Assembly: GCA_030390025.1 (NCBI GenBank)
Contig: CM059431.1
Span: forward strand, 133,798,001-133,862,000
Direction of reading: 5' to 3'
Length of the DNA stretch: 64,000 bases
Source of the DNA: Squalus acanthias
Lineage: Eukaryota
This document shows positions 32,201 to 45,954 of the stretch, one piece after another (position 1 is the stretch's first letter; each line of letters starts with the position of its first letter). The notes under the pieces were generated by a model. The model saw only the letters and a list, made by a program, of their open reading frames with translations. It was not told where the DNA came from and did no database searches. The position numbers and the translations under genes are program-made.

Positions 32201-35200
32201 TTCTCTCTCTCTCTCTCCAGTTTGTGATTCTCTCTCTCTCCAGTTTGTGATTCTCTCTCTCCCCAGTTTGTGTTTCTCTCTCTCCCCAGTTTGTGTTTCT
32301 CTCTCTCTCTCTCCAGTTTGTGTTTCTCTCTCTCCCCAGTTTGTGTTTCTCTCTCTCTCTCCCCAGTTTGTGTTTCTCTCTCTCTCTCTCCAGTTTGTGA
32401 TTCTCTCTCTCTCCCCCAGTTTGTGTTTCTCTCTCTCTCTCCAGTTTGTGTTTCTCTCTCTCTCTCCCCAGTTTGTGTTTCTCTCTCCCCCCAGTTTGTG
32501 TGTCTCTCTCTCTCTCCCCAGTTTGTGTTTCTCTCTCTCCCCAGTTTGTGTTTCTCTCTCTCTCTCTCCAGTTTGTGTTTCTCTCTCTCTCTCCCCAGTT
32601 TGTGTTTCTCTCTCTCCCCAGTTTGTGTTTCTCTCTCTCTCCCCAGTTTGTGTTTCTCTCTCTCCCCAGTTTGTGTTTCTCTCTCTCTCCCCAGTTTGTG
32701 TTTCTCTCTCTCTCCCCAGTTTGTGTTTCTCTCTCTCTCTCTCTCTCCAGTTTGTGTTTCTCTCTCTCTCTCCAGTTTGTGTTTCTCTCTCTCTCTCTCT
32801 CCAGTTTGTGTTTCTCTCTCTCCCCAGTTTGTGTTTCTCTCTCTCCCCAGTTTGTGTTTCTCTCTCTCTCCCCAGTTTGTGTTTCTCTCTCTCTCTCCCC
32901 AGTTTGTGTTTCTCTCTCTCCAGTTTGTGTTTCTCTCTCTCTCTCTCCAGTTTGTGTTTCTCTCTCTCCCCAGTTTGTGTTTCTCTCTCTCTCTCCCCAG
33001 TTTGTGTTTCTCTCTCTCCCCAGTTTGTGTTTCTCTCTCTCTCTCCAGTTTGTGATTCTCTCTCTCCAGTTTGTGTTTCTCTCTCTCCCCAGTTTGTGTT
33101 TCTCTCTCTCTCTCTCTCCAGTTTGTGTTTCTCTCTCTCCCCCCAGTTTGTGTTTCTCTCTCTCTCCAGTTTGTGTTTCTCTCTCTCTCTCCCCAGTTTG
33201 TGTTTCTCTCTCTCTCTCCCCAGTTTGTGTTTCTCTCTCTCTCTCTCCAGTTTGTGTTTCTCTCTCTCTCTCTCCAGTTTGTGTTTCTCTCTCTCTCTCC
33301 CCAGTTTGTGCTTCTCTCTCTCTCTCTCCCCAGTTTGTGTTTCTCTCTCTCTCCAGTTTGTGATTCTCTCTCTCTCTCTCTCCAGTTTGTGCTTCTCTCT
33401 CTCTCTCCCCAGTTTGTGTTTCTCTCTCTCTCCAGTTTGTGATTCTCTCTCTCTCTCTCCAGTTTGTGTTTCTCTCTCTCTCTCTCCAGTTTGTGTTTCT
33501 CTCTCTCTCTCTCCAGTTTGTGTTTCTCTCTCTCTCTCCCCAGTTTGTGTTTCTCTCTCTCTCTCCAGTTTGTGTTTCTCTCTCTCTCTCTCTCTCCCCA
33601 GTTTGTGTTGTTCTCTCTCTCTCTCCCCAGTTTGTGTTGTTCTCTCTCTCTCTCCCCAGTTTGTGTTTCTCTCTCTCTCCCCAGTTTGTGTTTCTCTCTC
33701 TCTCTCTCCCCAGTTTGTGTTTCTCTCTCTCTCTCCAGTTTGTGTTTCTCTCTCTCTCCCCAGTTTGTGTTTCTCTCTCTCTCTCCAGTTTGTGTTTCTC
33801 TCTCTCTCTCCCCAGTTTGTGTTTCTCTCTCTCTCTCCAGTTTGTGTTTCTCTCACTCTCCCCAGTTTGTGTTTCTCTCTCTCTCCAGTTTGTGTTTCTC
33901 TCTCTCTCCCCAGTTTGTGTTTCTCTCTCTCTCTCCCCAGTTTGTGTTTCTCTCTCTCTCTCTCCCCAGTTTGTGTTTCTCTCTCTCTCCCCAGTTTGTG
34001 TTTCTCTCTCTCTCTCCCCAGTTTGTGTTTCTCTCTCTCTCTCCCCAGTTTGTGTTTCTCTCTCTCTCCCCAGTTTGTGTTTCTCTCTCTCTCCCCAGTT
34101 TGTGTTTCTCTCTCTCTCCCCAGTTTGTGTTTCTCTCTCTCTCTCCCCAGTTTGTGTTTCTCTCTCTCCCCAGTTTGTGTTTCTCTCTCTCTCTCCAGTT
34201 TGTGTTTCTCTCTCTCTCTCCCCAGTTTGTGTTTCTCTCTCTCTCTCCCCAGTTTGTGTTTCTCTCTCTCTCTCTCCCCAGTTTGTGTTTCTCCCTCTCT
34301 CCCCAGTTTGTGTTTCTCTCTCTCTCTCCAGTTTGTGTTTCTCTCTCTCTCTCTCCCCAGTTTGTGTTTCTCTCTCTCTCCCCAGTTTGTGTTTCTCTCT
34401 CTCTCCCCCCAGTTTGTGTTTCTCTCTCTCTCTCCAGTTTGTGTTTCTCTCTCTCCCTCCCCCCAGTTTGTGTTTCTCTCTCTCCCCAGTTTGTGTTTCT
34501 CTCTCTCTCTCTCTCTCTCTCCAGTTTGTGTTTCTCTCTCCCCCCAGTTTGTGTTTCTCTCTCTCTCTCCAGTTTGTGTTTCTCTCTCTCCCTCCCCCCA
34601 GTTTGTGTTTCTCTCTCTCTCCCCAGTTTGTGTTTCTCTCTCTCTCTCCCCAGTTTGTGTTTCTCTCTCTCTCTCTCCAGTTTGTGTTTCTCTCTCTCTC
34701 TCTCCAGTTTGTGTTTCTCTCTCTCTCTCCAGTTTGTGTTTCTCTCTCTCTCTCTCCAGTTTGTGTTTCTCTCTCTCTCTCCAGTTTGTGTTTCTCTCTC
34801 TCTCTCCCCAGTTTGTGTTTCTCTCTCTCTCTCCCCAGTTTGTGTTTCTCTCTCTCTGCCCAGTTTGTGTTTCTCTCTCTCTCTCCCCAGTTTGTGTTTC
34901 TCTCTCTCTCTCTGCAGTTTGTGTTTCTCTCTCTCTCTCTCCAGTTTGTGTTTCTCTCTCTCTCCCCAGTTTGTGTTTCTCTCTCTCTCTCCCCAGTTTG
35001 TGTTTCTCTCTCTCTCTCCCCAGTTTGTGTTTCTCTCTCTCTCTCCAGTTTGTGTTTCTCTCTCTCTCCAGTTTGTGTTTCTCTCTCTCTCTCCAGTTTG
35101 TGTTTCTCTCTCTCTCCCCAGTTTGTGTTTCTCTCTCTCTCTCTCCAGTTTGTGTTTCTCTCTCTCTCTCTCCAGTTTGTGTTTCTCTCTCTCTCTCCAG

Positions 35201-38200
35201 TTTGTGTTTCTCTCTCTCTCTCCAGTTTGTGTTTCTCTCTCTCTCTCTCCAGTTTGTGTTTCTCTCTCTCTCTCCCCAGTTTGTGTTTCTCTCTCTCTCT
35301 CCAGTTTGTGTCTCTCTCTCTCCAGTTTGTGTTTCTCTCTCTCTCTCCAGTTTGTGTTTCTCTCTCTCTCTCTCTCCCCAGTTTGTGTTTCTCTCTCTCT
35401 CTCCAGTTTGTGTTTCTCTCTCTCTCTCCAGTTTGTGTTTCTCTCTCTCTCCCCAGTTTGTGTTTCTCTCTCTCTCCCCAGTTTGTGTTTCTCTCTCTAT
35501 CCCTCTCCAGTTTGTGTTTCTCTCACTCCCTCCCCCAGTTTGTTTCCCTCTCCCGCTCTCCCCAGTTTGTGTTTCTCTCCCTCTCCCCAGTTTGTTTCCC
35601 TCTCCCTTTCCCCAGTTTGTGTTCCTCTCTCTCCTTCCCCAGTTTGTGTCTCTCTCTATCCCTCTCTTATTTGCATTTCTCTCCCTCCCTCAGTTTGAGT
35701 TTCTCTCTCCCACTCCCCAATTTGTGTTTCTGTCTCTCTCATCCCAGTTTGTGTTTATCTCTCTCCCTCCCTCAGTTTGTGTTTCTGTCTCTCCCTTTCC
35801 CCAGTTTGTGTTTCATTCTATCCCTCCCTCTGCAGTTTGTGTTTCTCTCTCTCACCACAGTTTGTGTTTCTCTCTCTCCCTCTCCCCAGTTTGTGTTACT
35901 CTCCCCCGCCAGTTTGAGATTCTCTTTCTCTCTCTCTGCCGTTTGTGTTTCTCTGACTCTCCCCAGGTTGTGTTTCTCTCTCTCTCTCTCCAGTTTGTGT
36001 TTCTCTCTCTCTCTCTCCAGTTTGTGTTTCTCTCTCTCTTTCCCCAGTTTGTGTTTCTCTCTCTCTCTCCAGTTTGTGTTTCTCTCTCTCCCCAGTTTGT
36101 GTTTCTCCCTCTCTCCCCAGTTTGTGTTTCTCTCTCTCTCTCTCCAGTTTGTGTTTCTCTCTCTCTCTCTCCCCAGTTTGTGTTTCTCCCTCTCTCCCCA
36201 GTTTGTGTTTCTCTCTCTCTCTCTCCAGTTTGTGTTTCTCTCTCTCTCTCTCCCCAGTTTGTGTTTCTCTCTCTCTCCCCCCAGTTTGTGTTTCTCTCTC
36301 TCTCTCTCTCCAGTTTGTGTTTCTCTCTCTCTCTCCCCAGTTTGTGTTTCTCTCTCTCTCTCTCCAGTTTGTGTTTCTCTCTCTCTATCTCTCCAGTTTG
36401 TGTTTCTCTCTCTCTCTCCAGTTTGTGTTTCTCTCTCTCTCTCTCCAGTTTGTGTTTCTCTCTCTCTCTCTCCAGTTTGTGTTTCTCTCTCTCTCTCCAG
36501 TTTGTGTTTCTCTCTCTCTCCCCAGTTTGTGTTTCTCTCTCTCTCTCTCCAGTTTGTGTTTCTCTCTCTCTCTCTCTCCAGTTTGTGTTTCTCTCTCTCT
36601 CTCCAGTTTGTGTTTCTCTCTCTCTCTCCAGTTTGTGTTTCTCTCTCCCCAGTTTGTGTTTCTCTCTCTCTCCCCAGTTTGTGTTTCTCTCTCTCTCTCC
36701 AGTTTGTGTTTCTCTCTCTCTCTCCAGTTTGTGTTTCTCTCTCTCTCTCCAGTTTGTGTTTCTCTCTCTCTCTCCAGTTTGTGTTTCTCTCTCTCTCTCC
36801 AGTTTGTGTTTCTCTCTCTCTCTCCAGTTTATGTTTCTCTCTCTCTCTCCAGTTTGTGTTTCTCTCTCTCTCCAGTTTGTGTTTCTCTCTCTCTCTCCAG
36901 TTTGTGTTTCTCTCTCTCTCTCTCCAGTTTGTGTTTCTCTCTCTCCCCAGTTTGTGTTTCTCTCTCTCTCTCCAGTTTGTGTTTCTCTCTCTCTCTCTCT
37001 CCAGTTTGTGTTTCTCTCTCTCTCCCCAGTTTGTGTTTCTCTCTCTCTCCCCAGTTTGTGTTTCTCTCTCTCTCTCCAGTTTGTGTTTCTCTCTCTCTCT
37101 CCAGTTTGTGTTTCTCTCTCTCTCCCCAGTTTGTGTTTCTCTCTCTCTCCCCAGTTTGTGTTTCTCTCTCTCTCCCCAGTTTGTGTTTCTCTCTCTATCC
37201 CTCTCCAGTTTGTGTTTCTCTCACTCCCTCCCCCAGTTTGTTTCCCTCTCCCGCTCTCCCCAGTTTGTGTTTCTCTCCCTCTCCCCAGTTTGTTTCCCTC
37301 TCCCTTTCCCCAGTTTGTGTTCCTCTCTCTCCTTCCCCAGTTTGTGTCTCTCTCTATCCCTCTCTTATTTGCATTTCTCTCCCTCCCTCAGTTTGAGTTT
37401 CTCTCTCCCACTCCCCAATTTGTGTTTCTGTCTCTCTCATCCCAGTTTGTGTTTATCTCTCTCCCTCCCTCAGTTTGTGTTTCTGTCTCTCCCTTTCCCC
37501 AGTTTGTGTTTCATTCTATCCCTCCCTCTGCAGTTTGTGTTTCTCTCTCTCACCACAGTTTGTGTTTCTCTCTCTCCCTCTCCCCAGTTTGTGTTACTCT
37601 CCCCCGCCAGTTTGAGATTCTCTTTCTCTCTCTCTGCCGTTTGTGTTTCTCTGACTCTCCCCAGTTTGTGTTTCTCTCCCACTCCTCAGTTTGTTTCTTT
37701 GTCTCCTTCCCCAGTTTGTGTTTTTCCCTCTTGCCCTCTCCCCAGTTTGTGTTTCACTCTCTCCCCCGTTTGTGTTTCTCTCTCTCTCTCTCCCCAGTTT
37801 ATGCTTCTCTCTCTCTCCTCAGTTTGTGTTTCTCTCTCACCCTCCCCAGTTAGTGTTGCTTTTCCTCTCCCCAGTTTATTTCTGTCTCTCCATCCCCAAT
37901 ATGTGTTTCTCTCTCCCTCTCCCCAGTTTGTGTTTCTCTCTCCCTCTCCCCAGTTTGTGTTTCTCTCTCTCTCCCCTATTTGTATTTCACTTTCTCCCCA
38001 GTTTGTTTCTCTCTCTCTCCCCAGTTAGTGTTTTTTTCTCTCTCTCTCCCTAGTTTGTGTTTCTCTCTCCCCCCAGGTTGAGTTCTTCTGTCTCTCTCCC
38101 CAGTTCTTGTTTCTCTCTCTCCCCCCAGTTTGTTTCTCTCTACTCCCCAGTTTATTACTCTCTCCCTCCCCAGTTTGTGTTTCTCTCTCCCTCTCCCCAG

Positions 38201-40790
38201 TTTGTGTTTCTTTCTCTCCCACCCCAGTTTGCTTCCTTCTCTCCTCCCCCAGTTTGTGTTTCTCTCTCTCTCTCCCCAGTTTGTGTTTCTCTCTCTCCCT
38301 CCCCAGTTTGTGTTTCTCTCTCTCCCTCTCCCCAGTTTTGTTTCTCTCTCTCTCTCTCCCCAGTTTCTGTTTTCTCTCTCTCCCTCTCCCCAGTTTGTGT
38401 TTCTCTCTCTCCCTCCCCAGTTTGTGTTGCTTTTCCTCGCCCCAGTTTGTTTCTGTCTCTCCATCCCCAATATGTGTTTCTCTCTCTCTCCCCAGTTTGT
38501 GTTTCTCTCTCTCTCCCCAGTTTGTGTTTATCTCTCCCCAGTTTGTGTTTCTCTCTCTCTCCCCAGTTTGTGTTTATCTCTCCCTACTTTGTGTTTCTCT
38601 CTCTACCCCAGGTTGAGTTCTTCTGTCTCTCTCCCCAGTTCTTGTTTCTCTCTCTCCCCCCAGTTTGTTTTTCTCTCTCTCCTTCCCCAGTTTGTGTTTC
38701 TCTCTCTCCCTCTCCCCGGTTTGTGTTTCTCTCTATCTCTCTCCCCAGTTTGTAATAATCTCTCTACTCCTCAGTTTGTGTTTCTCTCCCTCTCCCCAGT
38801 TTGTTTCCCTCTCCCTTTCCCCAGTTTGTGTTTCTCTCTATCTCTCTCCCAGTTTGTAATAATCTCTCTACTCCTCAGTTTGTGTTTCTCTCCCTCTCCC
38901 CAGTTTGTTTCCCTCTCCCTTTCCCCAGTTTGTGTTTCTCTCTCTCCCTCCCCAGTTTGTGTTCCTCTTTCTCTCTCCCCAGTCAGTTTCTCTCTCTCCA
39001 TCCCCAGTTTGTGTCTCTCTCTCTCCCTCTCTAGTTTGCATTTCTCTCCCTCCCTCAGTTTGAGTTTCTCGCTCCCTCCCTCAGTTTGTGTTTCTCTCTC
39101 CCACTCCCCAATTTGTGTTTCTGTCTCTCTCTTCCCAGTTTGTGTTTCTCTCTCTCTCCCTAGTTTGTGATAATCTCTCTCCCTCCCCAGTTTGAGTTCT
39201 TCTCTCTCTCTCACACGTTTGTTTCTCTCTCTCTCCCCAGTTTGTGTTTCTCTCTCTCTCACACGTTTGTTTCTCTCTCTCTCTCCCCAGTTTGTGTTTC
39301 TCTCTCTCTCCCCAGTTTGTGTCTCTCTCACCCTCCCCAGTTTCTGTTTTCTCTCTCTCTCTCCCCAATTTGTGTTTCTCTCTCTCTCCCATTTGTGTTT
39401 CACTCTCCCTCCCCAGTTTGTGTTTCTCTATCTCTCTCCCCAGTTTGTGTTTCTCTCTCTCTCTCTCCCCAGTTTGTGTTTTCTCTCTCTCTCTCCCCAG
39501 TTTGTGTTTTCTCTCTCTCTCTCCCCAGTTTCTGTTTTCTCTCTCTCTCTCCCCAGTTTGTGTTTCTCTCTCCTTTTCCCCAGTTTGTTTCTCTCTCTCC
39601 CTTTCCCCAGTTTGTGTTTCATTCTATCCCTCCCTCTGCAGTTTGTGTTTCTGTCTCTCACCACAGTTTGTGTTTCTCTCTCTCCCTCTCCCCAGTTTGT
39701 GTTACTCTCCCCCGCCAGTTTGAGATTCTCTTTCTCTCTCTCTGCCGTTTGTGTTTCTCTGACTCTCCCCAGTTTGTGTTTCTCTCCCACTCCTCAGTTT
39801 GTTTCTTTGTCTCCTTCCCCAGTTTGTGTTTTTCCCTCTTGCCCTCTCCCCAGTTTGTGTTTCACTCTCTCCCCCGTTTGTGTTTCTCTCTCTCTCTCTC
39901 CCCAGTTTATGCTTCTCTCTCTCTCCTCAGTTTGTGTTTCTCTCTCACCCTCCCCAGTTAGTGTTGCTTTTCCTCTCCCCAGTTTATTTCTGTCTCTCCA
40001 TCCCCAATATGTGTTTCTCTCTCCCTCTCCCCAGTTTGTGTTTCTCTCTCTCTCCCCTATTTGTATTTCACTTTCTCCCCAGTTTGTTTCTCTCTCTCTC
40101 CCCAGTTTGTGTTTATCTCTCCCTACTTTGTGTTTCTCTCTCTACCCCAGGTTGAGTTCTTCTGTCTCTCTCCCCAGTTCTTGTTTCTCTCTCTCCCCCC
40201 AGTTTGTTTCTCTCTCTCCCTCCCCCAGTTTGTGTTTCTGTCTCTCTCTCCCCAGTTTGTGTTTCTCTCTCTCCATCCTCAGTTTGTTTTTCTCTCTCTC
40301 CTTCCCCAGTTTGTGTTTCTCTCTCTCCCTCTCCCCGGTTTGTGTTTCTCTCTATCTCTCTCCCCAGTTTGTGTGTCTCTCTCTCCCCAGTTTGTGTTTC
40401 TCTCTCTCTCTCTCTCTCCCCAGTTTGTGTGTCTCTCTCTCCCCAGTTTGTGTTTCACTCTCCCTCCCCCCAGTTTGTGTTTCTCTCTCTCTCTCTCCCC
40501 AGTTTGTGTGTCTCTCTCTCCCTTTCCCCAGTTTGTGTTTCTCTCTCTCCCTCCCCATTTTGTGTTTCTCTCTCTCCATCCCCAGTTTGTTTTTCTCTCT
40601 CTCCTTCCCCAGTTTGAGTTCTTCTCTCTCTCTCCCTCTCCCCGGTTTGTGTTTCTCTCTATCTCTCTCCCCAGTTTGTGTTTCTCTCTCTCCCTCTCCC
40701 CGGTTTGTGTTTCTCTCTCTCTCTCTCCCCAGTTTGTGTTTCTCTCTCTCCCCCAGTTTGTTTTTCTCTCTCTCTCCTTCCCCCAGTTCT
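11214..40790 (+). repeat. Large satellite/minisatellite array, ~20-30-bp unit CC(CC)AGTTTGTGTTT(CT)n
   Basis: Directly visible tandem array of ~29.6 kb with a fixed core and variable (CT)n tract; homogeneous centre, degenerate margins. Confidence 0.98.
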
Positions 40791-43597
40791 CTCAGAACTC
40801 AGAGTTTCCAGGCGATTTTCGTTGGTTCCATTGTTGTCATCGTCACACCCGGCAATGAAGTGCTGTGTTTCCAAATGGCGGGGGGACCAGATAACGCGGT
40901 TTGGTTGCAAGCCATGACAGCCAGGGTAATGCGCATGCTTGAACCGCGCGGACATGGAGCATTTCTCCCGAGTTGCCAGCAGCATTGCTCGGCAGACGAA
41001 TCACCCATTCCGGGAGACTCCCGCCCAAAGCGGAAACTAGCTTATTCATTGAAAATGAACCTTTGAGGTTGCACCCATCTCCTTCTCCAACCTCGAAACA
41101 AGTGTTACCCCAGGGCCAGAAAGGGGGATCCGCGGAGCGAAAGACCATGTAGCTGCAGGTTTTGGATAACAGCCAGAAATCCTGGAAGTTAGCAGATATT
41201 ACCACTGCTGTAGGCCTCAAAGTTCCACAGCAGTGGTTAACTTCCTTCCCCTGATTTTGGGCATCCCTGTGTTGGAAAGGGGGCGTTTTCGGTTGGAAGA
41301 CCTGAAAGCAACAATATTGGCAGGTTCAGGTCCATTGTTCAGGGCTGTGTGTATTTCCACAGCGCACTGCCCATTTGTGCTTGTGCTCAAAAATAACGAC
41401 TAAAATTACCAATTGCCTTTAAGAAGTCCGCTTGAGCAGGCCACATCCCATAACTTCCAAGAGGGTATATAAGTTGTATAAGTGAATGTGCAGAGCATTG
41501 CCCTTAGCTCAGAAAAATGGGGGTATTGTATAATTTAACAAGGTCCTCACATACTTTCTGTTTACACCATGGGGTCTCCTGCTTTTTCTCAGGGTAGCTA
41601 TTGCAATTTTGTTTTAGTTTTTAATTATTCTGGTTGAGGTTTGCATTCTAGAGACTGTAGTGTAAAGCAGAAAAACATCTGTGATGTCACTATAATATAA
41701 TTACTGATTTTTTGTGCACTACAGCATCCATTTGTACTGAAAATATTGAGGAAACAGCTTTCGGTGATACTTAACTACAGCTCTGGAATAGCAGTAGCAT
41801 AGGTGAGAAGAACAGCAACAATGGCTGGATGAGAGGAAGAGAGACAGTGTTTGTAGACACTGCTACAATTCTGATTCAATAAGGCAATCAGTTAAATGAT
41901 TAATGTTTAAGTTAGATATAGTATAATTTTGTTTTTTTTATAGATTGTTGTCAGATTTCTGCTCGTGTCCAGAATTGTGCTCACAAGAAAGGCTCGGAGG
42001 TCTGTGGGGAATTAGGCACATCTTCAGATTTTTTTCTGAATACATGACTAGGAGCTCAAAAAAGGACTAGAAAATATTGGAATTTGAAATTGGAAAACCG
42101 AATTGCATTTCCTGATCCTGAACGAGCTTACCAGTCCTTTCATAACAAAATAAAATTGCACCTGGAGGTTGACAAGATCTATAGCTGAACCGATAACTCA
42201 GCTTATAAAAGGGCAATGTAATACATTTTTATTTAAAAATGAAATAGACTACACTATATCTTGTACACAAATTATGAAAGGTGAGAAAAAGGAAGTTTTA
42301 TAATGTTTTCTACATATGTGTCTCATGGAAATATCTGTTCAAGCTTATTTGAAAATTATGGAAATTACAACAGCTTCTCTTAACCTGAAAAATACACACC
42401 AAAACAATAAACTCAAAGCATGTATTGCTTCTTACAAAACCAAAAATGAACAGTCAGAAACAGAAGCAAGGGAAAAGGAAAACTTGTCCAGAAGTAGTAA
42501 CCACAGTTGGTGTAAAGGACTTATTTTAAGGCATTGGTCTCTTTCTTTTCCATTCTTCTCCACAGCGCAGTTAAGCTAGTTTTTATAATTGTAGATCTAT
42601 ACCTTCAGACAAGTTACTCCAGTCTGTTCCAATGACTGGATTGCCCTATAGAGGAATTGCCACATCAACATGAAATACTTCTGTCATTGAGAGAAAAATA
42701 AGAAAAAACATTCATTAGATACAATGCACTATTACCTGACCCAAGTAGCTGCTGTCTTATTTTAGAATTCATTTCTGATGCAGCATCTTTATAAAGTTTA
42801 AACAGAGATCAAATATTATTATGCAGGAAAATTGAAAAAGAATAATAAAACTAGGCTGATTTGCAGCCTTGTGATTGCAAAAGTAAAAATGTCAATAATG
42901 GCTGATAACCAAATGCATTTGTCACATACGTGATGAGGTGGTTTACTTCTAAAATTAAGTTACCAGGTTACAGCCATGCAAGAGAGGAAAAGTAACCCAT
43001 TTCCCCATACTTCACAACAAATGCCCACCATCAACTGAAATCAAGAATCACTAAAAGCATGGGGAAGTCTGCAGTGCTCTCATTATACCACCTCAAAAAG
43101 ATGCAAAATTAAACCATAAAATTGGATTAATAAAATGTAAATATTTTTACAGAAGGAACAAATTGTAAAACATTTTTTTTCGTCAAACTAAGTATGCAAT
43201 GCCTTTTTGAACTGGGAAGTCCAAATTCTCAGGTAAGCAACTACAACACAGTCTGAACTAAGATTTTCTCATCACTCATTTGCAAAAAGGAATGGCTTTT
43301 CTATATTTATTAAAATCTGATTGAATGATGGAAAAGTCATTGTTAATCAAATAAATATCTTTTAAAAATTCATGCAGATAGTATCAGTTCTTCCCCAAAA
43401 GGGCAGTGACAAGTGTCTCTGGAGGTCTGGATATTTGTATTAAGGAAGTGTCAATGAGGGAAATAAACTCAACTAAATTTGCATGAAACTGATCCTTAAG
43501 TATCTCACACTCTCTTTGACATACTTAGCTCCAACACAACAACCACACTGATATTTCTGGGAAAGTAAAATAACTCACTTCCTCTTTAAAATGCTAC

Positions 43598-45505
43598 GGG
43601 GGCTAAATTCGATAAAGCCCGAAAATGGGCACAGGGATCGCAGTGCGCGACCTGCCCGCGCCTGTTGAAAGTAATACAGGCAGCACACGGAATTCATGCC
43701 TGCCTGCGAATTAACATGATTGATGCGTTGAACCCAATGCTGAACGAGCTGCTGGTTGGCTCAGTGCTCAGCAGGGGGTCCAATATCATGGGAAGTCTGA
43801 CCTGTATTCAAAGGTTGCCTGCAGAGTGAAACACTGTCTGCACTTCTTAAAGGGGAGAAACTTTGTGAAAGAAGCACTCATTCTGAGTGGAGCTAAGGAA
43901 GTTACCAATATCGCAACAGGGCAGAGAAAGGTCACCTCGGTTCTCGGACGTAGCACTGGATGCCTTAGTGCAGGGGGTCGAAAGGAGGAGACAGGTCCTC
44001 TACACACAGGGAGCCAGAAGGATTTCAGAGAGATTGTACAAAGGCAGTGGGAGCAGATTGCTGAAGCAGTCAGTGTCACAAGTCCTTCCCCCAGGACCTG
44101 GATCCAGTGCCGGAAGACGTTTAATGACCGCACACGAGTGGTCATGGTAAGTGAATGCATATTCAAATGCAATATCCCACCAACTGCAACACTAGCCTCA
44201 CACACTGCTCAAGGCACCACAACCCCATTACTCACCTACCAATAATCTCTATCAATCACGACTCATACCACACAATCATAGCTTCACCTCACCCTCACAC
44301 TACCACTGTTGCATGCCTCACACCCACATCTCACACCTTGCACACAATGACAGGCACATCACCCAAACACATTGCACCGCACTCACTGACACACTTCCCT
44401 TTCTCCTGCAGGCTAAGGTGGTGCATAACCGGCGCCAGCAGTAGCTAACAGGCAGGGGTCAATCACAGCTGCAGAATCTCTCCTAGCCGGAGGAGATGGT
44501 TCTGGATATAATTGGAGGGGCCAGCACTGAAGCCGTGGTGATCGGCAAGGCTGAAAGCATTGATGATGATGTTATGCTCATACCTAATCCTTCTTCTCAC
44601 ATCCCACTTCCCCCTCATCCCACAATGCCTTCTCACTTACAATGATGGTGTAAGCATGTGTCCCCCCCTCCCCTCACCACAAACTGATCCTTGTGCCTTT
44701 CTCCTTTCAGATACCCAAGAACTCCAACATGCCCAGCCGGTGCATGAAGAAGTAGAGGAGGAGAGTGATAGAGAAGAAAAGAAACCGTCACTCGATCTGA
44801 CACTCCCAGGCACCAGCTCAGAAAATGACACTGCGCAAACTTTAGAGTGTAGTATAGAGGCGGGATCTGCATGTGGTGAGTCACTGGGCACGAGTAGGCT
44901 GCAGCCAGGTGCCAGCTCCTGGAGGGCGAAGTCACACGCGAGTTCTGATGCACAGGACTCAGATGAGGACTTTGATGGGGCGGCCTTCAGAAGAAGGGTG
45001 TTGGCATGCACACAGAAATGCTTGGTGCAATGGCAGGCCTACCAAATAGCCTCTGTCATTGTCGAGGAGCAGGGAGGAGTCCTGCTCCAACCTTGCACAG
45101 GGATTTGCGCAGAGCTTGGAGCCCATGATTTTGAGGATGGAAGTGGATGGAAGTAATGGGCAACTCCATTAGAGCACTTGTGGACCCAACCATGATGCTG
45201 GGTGTGATGGGCAATGTCGCAGCTTCCATTGCAGCACAAGCGGAAGCGACCCAATGTCTGAGTGCTGTGGAAACTCAGAATTCAGTCATGCAGGCTCAGC
45301 TTGCAATCACGCAAACTTAGACTGCTGCCATCGTGGCTGGGTTTACCAGTGTGGATAGCAGTTTGCAGGGTTTTATAGCATTCCAGCAATCTGTCCTCCA
45401 ACAGATGGTTAGGAACGCTGAGGCGCCACCCTGGGGGAATGGCAATGCCTCCGTGGTCGAACCTGCTGTCCTTTCTCAGTGCTGTTGCAGTTGCCTGTCA
45501 GCCAG
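43598..45505 (+). mobile_element. Truncated, degenerate Harbinger element (left end plus Myb/SANT pseudogene)
   Basis: Starts with TIR-like GGGGGCTAAATTCG. Frameshifted exon 1 (RSPRFSDVALDALVQGVERRR / WEQIAEAVS..RTWIQCRKTFND), donor at 44147, exons resuming at 44412 and 44711, all homologous to the intact copy at 52775. No transposase and no right end. Confidence 0.8.
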
Positions 45506-45954
45506 CGCTGGAATCATGGCAAAAAATGGCGGCCGCCACTCTTGCATGGGACTCGGTGGCCGACAATTTGGTGAGGGCCTTAGTGCTGCCGATAGGAGTG
45601 CTGGCCCGGGAGATGTAAATGAAGAGAGCGTGACGTCAGTCAGCGTGCAACGCCGACTTAACGTCACGCTCTGCGAACTTCAACCTCAGCGCTGAGTTTA
45701 GCGCTGGGTCCTAAGCTTGCTCTGAAAAGTGAGCATTCAGCAGACTAACGGAGACACTGTCAGCACCTCTTAAAGGGACACACACATCTTTCAGGTCAGT
45801 TTGCATTTAGATTTTGGACAGGATTTTTTATATTTTATTGAAGTAGTGGCTTGGTGTAATACATGTTAACAGTTTTTTAAGTGTGCAGGGAGTGCAGTGA
45901 GTGCAGCTGGACACTGTCAAGGCCTTGGATGGTAAAGGAAGGCCCCTGAGAAGA

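Noticed and set aside
11179..41066. Very long ORFs (up to 2708 aa) on both strands: SLSPVCV/QFVFL repeats and RE-rich repeats
   Set aside because: Artefact of a satellite whose monomer lacks stop codons; all frames are open and there is no domain content.
40795..41195. Possible MITE right of the satellite (TTCCAGG..GATTT versus AAATCCTGGAA)
   Set aside because: The inverted match is short and imperfect, and no TSD was found.
41700..43300. Possible host exons (AG/GT-bounded segments near 41725-41803, 41944 onward, and minus 42736-42787)
   Set aside because: No sustained open frame or recognisable protein; cannot be supported without transcript data.
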